From Nitrospirota bacterium (GTDB lineage: Bacteria > Nitrospirota > Nitrospiria > Nitrospirales > UBA8639), in NCBI GenBank assembly GCA_029864405.1, contig JAOTTP010000004.1:22047-86046 (forward strand): DNA of 64,000 bases, in the 5' to 3' direction. This document shows, one piece after another, positions 27,685 through 37,000 of the stretch. The notes beneath the pieces were generated by a model. That model made no database searches, was not told the origin of the DNA, and saw nothing but the letters and a program-made list of their open reading frames with translations. The translations under genes were made by a program, and so were the position numbers. Each line of letters starts with the position of its first letter. The stretch's first letter is position 1.

Positions 27685-28718
27685 AACGGGCAGCGGGGGG
27701 CGGTCGCGATATGACAGTCATCGGGTTGGCCGTGATCGGACTAACCTTTACGCTATTTTCTGGATGTGCGCTTTTTGAGGATGAAAGAACCGCTAAGGGT
27801 CGGAAGCTCTATAACCATTACTGTAGTCATTGCCATGGGGAAACCGGCCAACAAGGGGAAGGGTTTAATTGGGAGCGCATGTCGGATCCCAGACCTAAAA
27901 ATCTGGCATCCAATGCTGAAATGTCTACCTTTAGTGATGAAGAGATTTTCCATACTGTCTATCGGGACATGAAAGATACGACTGATCAAAAAGTAATTGA
28001 TGATGAGAACTACTTTGCTGTCCCCACCATGCCGACATTTAAATACACGTTATCCGAGGAAGAAATCTGGTCAATAGTGGGGTACGTTCGGACTCTCCAT
28101 GGGATGTCGCTGAGCTATGACTTGGAAACCAGAAAAAAAGAATTAGAGGAGGTATTTCAGGCAGCACAGCAAGAGATGGAAACGACAAAGGCCGCCTTTG
28201 AGGCTGCAACCGAGAAAGTAGAGGCTGCGCAAGCTGCCTATGAAGAAACGTTGACTGATGAGCAACTTGAAAGTTACGAACCCAAAGAAGTGACAATTCC
28301 AGAGGAGGATGTGTTCCTTGCAGCCAATGAAAAGTATGAAGCGGCGAAATCCGAAGTTGATAATTTTTTAAAGCGCCCCAAAAAGCCCCAAGTATCCAGA
28401 CCTGATCTTTCAATAGCTGAAGAAGACCGCGTGCTTCAAGCTAAGCTGGGGAAGCAATTATATAGCGATAAATACGGATGCCAGGGCTGTCATAGTCTCA
28501 ATGATGAAGGTGGGATTGTGGGTCCCGCATTGGACCGAGCAGGATTTCGCCTCAATCCAACATGGATTTATCGTTGGATCCTGTATCCTCAAGCCATGAA
28601 AAAGCATACCAGGATGCCGAATTTGGGGATTTCAGAGCCAGACGCAAGGGCTCTTACCTATTATTTAGGGACTCTCCAGGCCCCAAAGCCTGAAAATCCT
28701 AATCAGCCCTCAGAATAA
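27681..28718 (+). CDS. Diheme cytochrome c lipoprotein with acidic coiled-coil linker
   Basis: Lipobox FSGC, CSHCH and CQGCH, TMP and RMP distal Met motifs. Confidence 0.88.
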   Translation: MKRAAGGGRDMTVIGLAVIGLTFTLFSGCALFEDERTAKGRKLYNHYCSHCHGETGQQGEGFNWERMSDPRPKNLASNAEMSTFSDEEIFHTVYRDMKDTTDQKVIDDENYFAVPTMPTFKYTLSEEEIWSIVGYVRTLHGMSLSYDLETRKKELEEVFQAAQQEMETTKAAFEAATEKVEAAQAAYEETLTDEQLESYEPKEVTIPEEDVFLAANEKYEAAKSEVDNFLKRPKKPQVSRPDLSIAEEDRVLQAKLGKQLYSDKYGCQGCHSLNDEGGIVGPALDRAGFRLNPTWIYRWILYPQAMKKHTRMPNLGISEPDARALTYYLGTLQAPKPENPNQPSE

Positions 28719-28990
28719 CATTCCAACAGTTCTTCATACATCCATGAGGAGCCCCATTTTAGGCTGTTGTTAGGCTAGAAAGGGGTGCTCTTCTACCGTT
28801 TTTTGCGTGCTACGTAGGCGATACATGCTGTGGTGTGTTTACGTGTTGAACAAAAAATGGTTTGAAATGTCTTTGATAAGTAGGAAGGCCGAAAATTGAA
28901 AAAAATGAGTGGTTGAAAGTCGAGGTATGTGATTGGTTAATGAAAATAAAATGAAGAAGATGGTTTCTTGTCCTTCTCCAACCTGTCTTC

Positions 28991-29884
28991 CTATGGAAGT
29001 CCCATCAATATTCCTCCCAAGATAAGAACGCCAATCCAGGTATGTTGTTTGAACAAAGAGAAGGCTTGCTCTCTTGAAATATCCGAACGGAGAAGAAAGA
29101 CTTGATAGCCTAATATGCCGGCTACTCCCATCAAGGTTAATGAATATTCAATCCCTAGATGATTAATCCTGGCAACCAGGGCCAAAAACCCCAGCATGAA
29201 TAACCCTGCAAGCCCTACGCCCAACCAGATGAAGGATCCAAACAGAATGGCGGAGGATTTGACTCCAATCCTGATGTCATCCTCCTTATCCTGTATGGCG
29301 TAAATCGTATCGTATACCACCGCCCAGCATACGGTTGCTCCGAAAAGCGACCAGGTTGAAACTTCCAATTCGTTCCGAGTGGCGGCCCACGCCATGACGC
29401 CACCCCATCCAAATGCCAATCCCAATATCAATTGAGGAATATGGATGAAACGCTTGCAGAAGGGGTACACCCCAGCAAGCAATAATGCCACAGGACTCAG
29501 AAGAAGGGTCAGTGGATTCAAGAACCATAGCAATCCGGCGGCTAACCCAAGCAAGACTGCCAGAAAAGCCAACGCATGGAGTGGCGTTAATTGGCCGGAG
29601 GCGAGCGGGCGATGCTGGGTTCGTTGAACTTCCCGATCGAATGACAGGTCAGCCAGGTCATTCATAATCACCCCCGCACTTCGCATAAGGAATGATCCCA
29701 TAATGAAAATCAAAAGGAGTTTCAGGCTGGGCCAACCCTGGGAAGCAAGAAACAGGGACCAAAGCGTTGGGAAGAGTAAAAGCAGAGTTCCTGTTTGATT
29801 AAACAACCGGATCAGATTGGCAAATGCAACGGAAGGAGGCATGGACGGTACGTAGAGCTGACTAAAACAATAAGTGACACGCAT
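28991..29884 (-). CDS. ubiA: UbiA-family 4-hydroxybenzoate polyprenyltransferase
   Basis: MRSAGVIMNDLADLSFD..V.RT..RPLASG, YPFCKR, YDTIYAIQDKEDD. Confidence 0.92.
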   Translation of the reverse strand: MRVTYCFSQLYVPSMPPSVAFANLIRLFNQTGTLLLLFPTLWSLFLASQGWPSLKLLLIFIMGSFLMRSAGVIMNDLADLSFDREVQRTQHRPLASGQLTPLHALAFLAVLLGLAAGLLWFLNPLTLLLSPVALLLAGVYPFCKRFIHIPQLILGLAFGWGGVMAWAATRNELEVSTWSLFGATVCWAVVYDTIYAIQDKEDDIRIGVKSSAILFGSFIWLGVGLAGLFMLGFLALVARINHLGIEYSLTLMGVAGILGYQVFLLRSDISREQAFSLFKQHTWIGVLILGGILMGLP

Positions 29885-29987
29885 GGGGTGACATGAGAAT
29901 TGCTAAAGATGCCATATCAGAACACAAAAACCATCAGTTCTGGTCTCATGCAAATGTGGATATCATGACTCAGAAAACTTCATGGTG

Positions 29988-30476
29988 CTATTTTACAGTA
30001 AATCGTGCGATACAGAGGATCCGATCAGGTTCTTTTGATGGGGCAACCACGATCATCCACTCGCCGGTGTGTAAGTCTGGATGCAGTGATTTCATACTCC
30101 ACATACGATAGCCTGAAGAAGGTCGAATGGGGATATTTATTTCAGAAATCTTAGTCCATTTTCCCTCGGTCTGGTGGTGCCAGCTATGACGAAGTTTTCC
30201 TGTTGTTGCCGCCTCGACCTTGGTCCAAAATACCACTTGGGAGGTTTGTGATGTTTGGACCACTGGAATGGCCGCTTGTCCATTTTTATCTTTTTCGCAA
30301 TAGGCCGGAGGGGTGAAAATTCCCTTTGGATTCCTATTGTTTACCTCTTTAGATAAAACGACTTTCTCCACAAAAAAATCAGGCTGTGCCAACGCCGGTG
30401 TGATCGTCAGACCAAGCAAGACCCCCATTCCCAAAAACATGTGCGTTACTCGGTCAAACACCTTCAGTCCTCTCAT
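29988..30476 (-). CDS. DUF2914-like exported Ig-fold protein
   Basis: Signal peptide; FWTKV..H.W...YRMWS.K...GEW.I.V pattern. Confidence 0.65.
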   Translation of the reverse strand: MRGLKVFDRVTHMFLGMGVLLGLTITPALAQPDFFVEKVVLSKEVNNRNPKGIFTPPAYCEKDKNGQAAIPVVQTSQTSQVVFWTKVEAATTGKLRHSWHHQTEGKWTKISEINIPIRPSSGYRMWSMKSLHPDLHTGEWMIVVAPSKEPDRILCIARFTVK

Positions 30477-30623
30477 GGATTGTGAGACAACACCAACCGA
30501 AGAAACTAAAATATAGCTGCGGTCTTGTCAATGGAAAGCGTGAAAGGAGGGTATTTGAGCATAACCTTCTCATGTTCGGCCAGACTCCCTCACTTTTCGA
30601 AGAGAGCCAGGATCTCTTGCAAG

Positions 30624-30653
30624 TTGACGTTACCAAGCGACGAAAGGTATAAA
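30624..30653 (+). promoter_or_regulatory. Promoter for tRNA-Thr
   Basis: TTGACG-18 bp-TATAAA upstream of the tRNA. Confidence 0.45.
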
Positions 30654-30728
30654 CGACCACAAAGGTCACCTCCCAAGCTCGTGCTCCAGCGCGGTTTGTC
30701 TTTCGTGATTTCTTCCCCTCCAATATGA

Positions 30729-30803
30729 GCCGGCGTAGCTCAGTGGTAGAGCAGCTGATTCGTAATCAGCAGGTCGGTGGTTCAATCCCACTCGCCGGCT
30801 CCA
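30729..30803 (+). tRNA. tRNA-Thr(CGT)
   Basis: GCCGGCG/CGCCGGC acceptor stem, TAGCTCAGTGGTAGAGC D-arm, CTGAT-TCGTAAT-CAG anticodon arm, GGTTCAAT, CCA. Confidence 0.97.
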
Positions 30804-31553
30804 GCCAACACCCTATCGGACAAGGTTTCAAAAGAAACCGGCCTCAGAAATTTTTGCTTCTCTTCTTCTTTTCTTCTCGGCAAGTGTTGTCAATCTGATT
30901 CGAGAGAAAGAAGCCTGCACGGTATCCACACGTATTCTTGGGTCCATGCTGGATCCTCAGAGTCAGATCACGCCATCGGGATGAGCGCAGTCGCCGCGTC
31001 TTTCGGGTCAGGGAGAGAACGTACAATTCGATGGAGGATGAAAAGGCTTGGTCCATACACTAAGCGCCTCGCCTCTGGTTTATGGATGGAATCTTGAAAC
31101 CTTTTCATTCTACCCTAGAAAAAGCGGCTCTCCTCGTTTTCCCTTTAGTTCGTAGAAAAATCCATCAGTCTGTAGGATTATGAATGTGGACGACCAAGAT
31201 GGGTCCACAACCTTTACTTCCTGTTGCGAGTCTGATTTTTTGTGTCGTTCTCCTCTCCTTCCTCTGAGGTTCAGGCCATCTAGTCTGGAAAAGGTCCCGG
31301 CCCATTTTTCAGAAGAGGCATCGTGGCTCTTGTCGGGATCCTTGACGGGTTTGCCCCCGTATAACTCCAACGAACCTGCTCGTAAAGTATATGATCGCGC
31401 ACTGATGCCCAAGGTTAAGTAGAGACATCTGTCAACGGCTTTAACACCGGGCCGTTTGTCGATCTGAGTTGTCGTGATGCCCCAATGCTCCAATCACGCC
31501 TGTTCGTTCCAGTTTTATGGATATGGTGGTTGTTTTTGGAAATCTGGGAATAG

Positions 31554-31569
31554 AGGCACATGGTTTGCT
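31554..31569 (+). promoter_or_regulatory. sigma54 (-24/-12) promoter
   Basis: AGGCAC-ATGGT-TTGCT has the exact GG-N10-GC spacing; 43 bp upstream of the small ORF at 31613. Confidence 0.65.
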
Positions 31570-31612
31570 TAACTGAAGCTGAAGACAGGGACACTTATTA
31601 CTGAGGGACACT

Positions 31613-31759
31613 ATGAAAATCTGTGAAAAATGCCAGGGGTCGATGGTGGTAGAACGCGCCGTGGATTTAGAAGTTGGATTGAGTCTTTTGTATTTTGCTT
31701 GTTTGAATTGTGGCAAACGGATTCAGGCGGAAAAAGAGCCGCGACCTTTAGTCCATTAA
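31613..31759 (+). CDS. 48-aa Zn-ribbon-like small protein (not in the ORF track)
   Basis: MKICEKCQGSMVVERAVDLEVGLSLLYFACLNCGKRIQAEKEPRPLVH; two CxxC motifs; GAGGGA RBS. Confidence 0.75.
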   Translation: MKICEKCQGSMVVERAVDLEVGLSLLYFACLNCGKRIQAEKEPRPLVH

Positions 31760-31794
31760 TTATTGATAGGTACAACTATGAAAACGGAGGAGTT

Positions 31795-32043
31795 ATGCAA
31801 CCACAGAATCGACCATTGACTTACGATGAACGGAAGGCGGCGGAAGCGGCATTCAAAGGGGCACCCTTCGACCCACAATTGTCCGAATCGGCGCGAAAGG
31901 TCTATTTAGGGATTTCCTCCGCGATGGCGAACAAACGCAATGAGGCATTTCAGGATTATGATCTTTCGCAACCGGCGGTCAAGGACAAAAGAGCTTCAAT
32001 AGAATCGCAGCCTCGATCTCGAGCAAAATCTCCCTTGTGGTAA
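31795..32043 (+). CDS. 82-aa hypothetical protein
   Basis: GGAGG RBS before ATG 31795 (MQPQNRPLTYDERKAAEAAFKG...); followed by a hairpin. Confidence 0.7.
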   Translation: MQPQNRPLTYDERKAAEAAFKGAPFDPQLSESARKVYLGISSAMANKRNEAFQDYDLSQPAVKDKRASIESQPRSRAKSPLW

Positions 32044-32062
32044 TCACTGCACGATTATTTGA

Positions 32063-32087
32063 GGACAACCCGGGAATCGGGTTGTCC
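32063..32087. terminator. Hairpin after the small-protein operon
   Basis: GGACAACCCG-GGAAT-CGGGTTGTCC, perfect 10-bp stem; no strong U tract. Confidence 0.45.
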
Positions 32088-32327
32088 CCAGCCTGCCCCT
32101 TCCATTGGGCTCGACAGCGTGATATTCCTTATCTACAATAATTTTTTCGTTATGTGATTCCCCCGGCGATGAGCTTTGTCTGAGAGAGAGTTTCTGTATC
32201 ATGGAGTTGATTGTGCTGTAGAATGTTCGGAGTGTTCGGGTGTCTTCGTAAGGTTGCGCCCGGTTCCTCCACCAATTCCGTTGGTGAGGTATAATATGAA
32301 AATATCATCACGATACCCCAGCCATTT

Positions 32328-34082
32328 ATGACACCGTCAATGAAAACACATCTCCCCTGGCTTCGACATTTAAGGAATGCAGGAGCGATTCACGGTATGG
32401 TCTTTCTCATGGCTCTTTTTTCCGGAACCTGGGTGTTTGCTGAGGATCAGGGAATGATGTCAGAGGAGCAGGCGGGCAATCAGGCAATGGCCGCATGGAT
32501 GAAGGGTTCCTCCAATCAAGCGTTAAATATTCTTGACCAGGAAATTCTGAAATTTCCAAAAGATTCTTTCCTCCAAAAACTTCGAGGGAACATTCTGACG
32601 ACGATCCGTCGGAACCAGGAAGCCTTAGAAGCCTATGAGGACGTACTTGAACGTGAGCCTGACTCGTTGGAAGTTCGATGGGCAAAGTGGAGTGTATTGA
32701 CTCGGTTGGGAGAGGGAGATTTGGCAATTGCCGAGCTTCAGCAAATCGCTCAAAGATCACCTCAAAATCCCTTGATCCACCTGCACTTGGCACAAGAATT
32801 CCGGAAACTGGATCGCTTAGAGGAGTCACTTGAATCATATCGCCAAGCGGTCCTCCTCGCTCCGGATTTGCCCGGATGGCGCTTGTCGTTGGCTCGTGCA
32901 CTTTTTGATATTTTGGATTATGAAGGTGCTAGAAAAGAAGTGGAAGGAATATTGGAAAATGCCCAAAAGGGTTCTCAGGTCGAAGCCGCTGCTCGCAATC
33001 TGTTGATGGTGGTGTATGGGGCCACGAAAGAGAGAGGACGACGTTTTCAACCAATTTTTAGCCCAGAAGGCACTGGGGCAGATCTTAAGCAATGGGCGTT
33101 GATTCGTAATAAGGCCTGGAAACTCTTTACGGCCGGCAGGTATGAGGAAGCCGAGCCGGTGTTTCGAGAAATCCTCATCCTTAAACCTTCCGATCAACGA
33201 GCGGCCTATGACCTCGGCCGAACTTTAATGGAATTGGATCGCTACCAGGAAGCCATCGACTTTTTCCAAAAGGGGATTGATCAGGGTGCATCAAACGAGG
33301 TGTATTTGGACTCTATTTTTCGTATCGGTCAGTGCTTGGCGGAATTGGAACGATGGCCTGAAGCGTTGATTCATTTTGAATTACTTCAGGAGGTGGGCTC
33401 TACGCCCAGAACCAGTTCTGAGGAGACTCAGGAGAGTACCGATGATCCTCCGATCGGTGCCGGGGTCCCAGTTCTCGATATGCAAACGGTGACCCATTGG
33501 TTGGAGAAGGTTCGGGCACATCTTCCCAACAACAAGAAGTCCACGGTGGCTCCTACCCCAGTCAGCCCTGATCCTGTCATACCCGATCCGCCGCTGGTTC
33601 AAACTAAGGAACTGCCAACAAGGAGTCTCGAGGGTTTTGAACCGATTCATTCCCGAGCATCCCTAATGGGGCGTGACGCGGATTTCAGTTGGTTCCGATT
33701 TGCCATTCCTGCAAAGATGGTGATGCGTGATGATCTGCTTATGGGGTCACATGAATTTATCCCCATTGATCCGGGAGACACTTTTCTCGTCACTCAACAA
33801 GAGATCTATGTGGTGTTTAGCTTAGTCACACCTTCCTATGATGAAATTCCCTTAACCGCCAAATGCTTTCTTGAAACGTCTAAGATTTCCTCAGGTCAGG
33901 CGGCGTTAGCCCAGGATCGGGTTGTGATGAGCATGAATGATCAATCCGGATACTTTCGGTTTCAGGTTTCACCGGAAGGCTGGAAACCCGGACTCTATCG
34001 TTGTGGTTTGTTTGTGGGAGACGAGGCCTCGGCTTATAATGTAGCCGACGAGGTGAGATTTCGGATTGTCGCTCCTGATTAA
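32328..34082 (+). CDS. Exported TPR protein with C-terminal Ig-like domain
   Basis: Signal-like N-terminus, multiple TPRs, Pro-rich linker, beta-rich C-terminus (WKPGLYRC). Confidence 0.8.
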   Translation: MTPSMKTHLPWLRHLRNAGAIHGMVFLMALFSGTWVFAEDQGMMSEEQAGNQAMAAWMKGSSNQALNILDQEILKFPKDSFLQKLRGNILTTIRRNQEALEAYEDVLEREPDSLEVRWAKWSVLTRLGEGDLAIAELQQIAQRSPQNPLIHLHLAQEFRKLDRLEESLESYRQAVLLAPDLPGWRLSLARALFDILDYEGARKEVEGILENAQKGSQVEAAARNLLMVVYGATKERGRRFQPIFSPEGTGADLKQWALIRNKAWKLFTAGRYEEAEPVFREILILKPSDQRAAYDLGRTLMELDRYQEAIDFFQKGIDQGASNEVYLDSIFRIGQCLAELERWPEALIHFELLQEVGSTPRTSSEETQESTDDPPIGAGVPVLDMQTVTHWLEKVRAHLPNNKKSTVAPTPVSPDPVIPDPPLVQTKELPTRSLEGFEPIHSRASLMGRDADFSWFRFAIPAKMVMRDDLLMGSHEFIPIDPGDTFLVTQQEIYVVFSLVTPSYDEIPLTAKCFLETSKISSGQAALAQDRVVMSMNDQSGYFRFQVSPEGWKPGLYRCGLFVGDEASAYNVADEVRFRIVAPD

Positions 34083-37000
34083 GTGGGGGGAGACGACAGA
34101 GCAGACGAAATCGATTGATTTCGTTCTTGTTGGAGAGCGTGGGTTGTGCGGTCTTTTTCTTTAAGCCACTGCGCAAAGGTCTTTGCGGCGCCATCCAAGA
34201 TTCCTTTCTGCCCCATCAAATCCAATGCACAGCTCACTTCTGCGAGCGAGGTAGCTCCGATTGACCGACAGGAGCCCTTACAGGTATGGGCAGCCTTCAT
34301 TAATGCGTCAGGGTCTTGATGGTCGACCGCCTGTTTGATGCCTTCGAGATGACGAGGCAAATCTGCCAAAAATTGATCAACCACTGTGGTGAAAAACTCG
34401 GGATCGTCTTTGCCACCAAGGGCCTTGAGATTTTGGAGGACCGTTTCATCTAAGCAAGGAGGCAAGGAAGTCGAGTTTTTCATGTTTTTATCTGTAACAG
34501 GATGGTTCACAAATTCTTTCGTTGTACGATGCGGTAACCATTTGGCGATCATAGTAGATAATTCTTCCAGCTTGACGGGTTTCCCCAAAAAATCGTCCAT
34601 GCCGGCTTCCAGGCAGGATTCGCGATCCTCCTTCATGGTATTTGCGGTCAGGGCAATAATGGGTACGCGAGAATTTTTGTGGGGCGTAAGGGGTAAGGGG
34701 GCAGGCGAGATGTTTTCTGTCACTTCATGTTTCACGCTTTCCGCTTCACGAATCTTCCGAGTCGCTTGCAAACCATCCATTTCGGGCATCTGGCAATCCA
34801 TGAAGATTAGGTCATAGGTTGCACGACCAACGGCCTCCACGACTTCCAGGCCATTCGTAGCGACGTCAGTGCGATAACCCAGTTTGTTAAGCATCCGTAC
34901 AGCGACTTTTTGATTGACCAGATTATCTTCAGCGAGGAGAATCTGGATTTGTGCTCGAGCCTGCGCTTCTTCGACCGTATGTCTGGTAATCAGCATGGTT
35001 GAATGAATGTCGTCTGGTGATGCTGGAAGGGCTTGGCTGCCCAAGACCATTTGTAGGCACTGTTGTAATTGTTGATGCCGAACGGGTTTGGTGAGGTACC
35101 CATTGAAGCCTGCATCTTGAGCCAATCGAGCGTCCCCTCGCTGTCCGAAAGACGTGAGGAGTATGAGGGGTGTCTGGGCAAGGGCAGAATCTTGCCGAAT
35201 CGTTTTCCCAAGAGAGAGCCCATCTTCTTGGATTGTCTCAGAGATGGTTTGGTCTAAAATGGCGACATCGAATGGCTGCCCCAGTCTACCTCGTTCTTGG
35301 AGCACAGCGAGACCTTCGTTCCCGTTTCGTGCGACTTCACAGACCATGCCCCATGATTCGGCATAATGTTGCAGGAGGAATCGAATCGTGTCATGTGTTT
35401 CGACAATACAGAGATGACGACCTTGCAATGAGGGACACGGAGTTGTGGGAATCCTGGACGAGGAATGATGGGGAAAAGGGACTGTGATCCAAAAGGTACT
35501 CCCCTGTCCGGCCTCGCTTGTCAGGCCAATTTCACCATTCATTAAGGTCACTAATCGTTTGCAGATGGCTAATCCTAACCCTGTCCCGCCAAACTTCCGT
35601 GTGGTGGAGCGGTCGGCTTGCGTGAACGACTCGAAGAGCCGGGGTTGAACTTCTGGGAGTATGCCGATTCCTGTATCAGTCACGGAAAATTTCACCATCG
35701 TGGTTTCAGATGGTTCTCTCATCAGGGAGACGTGAACCACCACTTCTCCCCGTTCGGTAAATTTGATGGCGTTCCCGATGAGATTAAAGAGGATCTGCCG
35801 AATACGACTTGGGTCACCTCGTAATTCTTGCGGAGTGGCGGCGTCGATAAGAGAGATGAGCTGCAAGCCTTTGCTATTGGCTCGTTCAGCGAGGATATCC
35901 AACACTTCATCGATAGCCGTCCGTACATCAAAGGCAATCTCTTCCAAATTCAATTTTCCCGCGTCGATTTTGGAGAAATCTAAAACATCGTTAATGATGG
36001 TGAGGAGAAATTCTCCGGATTTTTTCACGGTTTCGACCATCTCTTGCTGATCGGCATCTAAATCTGTGTCTAAGAGCAAGTCGGTCATGCCAATCACCCC
36101 ATTAAGTGGAGTGCGGATCTCATGGCTCATCGTGGCAAGGAATTCTGATTTTGATCTGGCGGCGTCGAGCGCTTGATCTCGGGTAATGATGAGTTCCTTG
36201 TTCGTTTCCTCAAGATTCTTGGCGTCTTTCTGCATTTGTTTTTCGGCCGCTTTGCGTTCAGTAATGTCGACAATGGAAGCTAAAATAAAACGCCCTTCTT
36301 GAGTTTTAATTGGGTTCAGCCCAACCTCAATGGGAATTTCACTGCCATTCTTATGCAGTCCCCATAATTCTCGGCCTTTCCCCATAATGGGGTCTGGATG
36401 GACTGCTTTTGTGTATTCTGATCGATGATGGGGATGATCTTTTCTAAATCGTTGAGGGATGAGCGACTCAATGGGTTGGCCAATCAGTTCGTCTCGTGAA
36501 AAGCCGAATAGCGATTCGGTGAGCCGGTTGACCAACACGATGGTGCCGGACTGGTTGATCATGATCATACCATTGGGTGCCGTTTCCACCACTAGGCGAA
36601 ATCGTTCCTCTGCTCGTTTGCGTTCGGTGATGTCGTTAAAGATCACTACCGCACCACAGAGTCGATTCTTTTCATCATGAATTGGGGTACTGGTGTACTC
36701 CACGGGCAGGGCCGTCCCGTCTTTGCGCCAAAGAACTTCGTCTTCGACCACATGGAAAGTGCCATCCGTAAAGGCGGCATACATCGGACATTCTTCTCGG
36801 TGATACGGCGACCCATCGGGTTTGGTGTGATGTACCGTGGGATGCATGAGAAGGCCAATGAGTTCTTGGGGCTCATACCCCAGCAATCTGGCCCCAGCAG
36901 GATTCACAAAGGTGGTTCGACCCTCCATGTCTACACCGTAGATACCTTCTCCCGCTGAAGCCAGAATGCGTTCGTTGCGTTGTGAGAGTTCTTGATGAGC

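Noticed and set aside
31630-31794. N-terminal part of the 137-aa ORF
   Set aside because: This is an alternative frame of the Zn-ribbon gene; the real start with RBS is at 31795.
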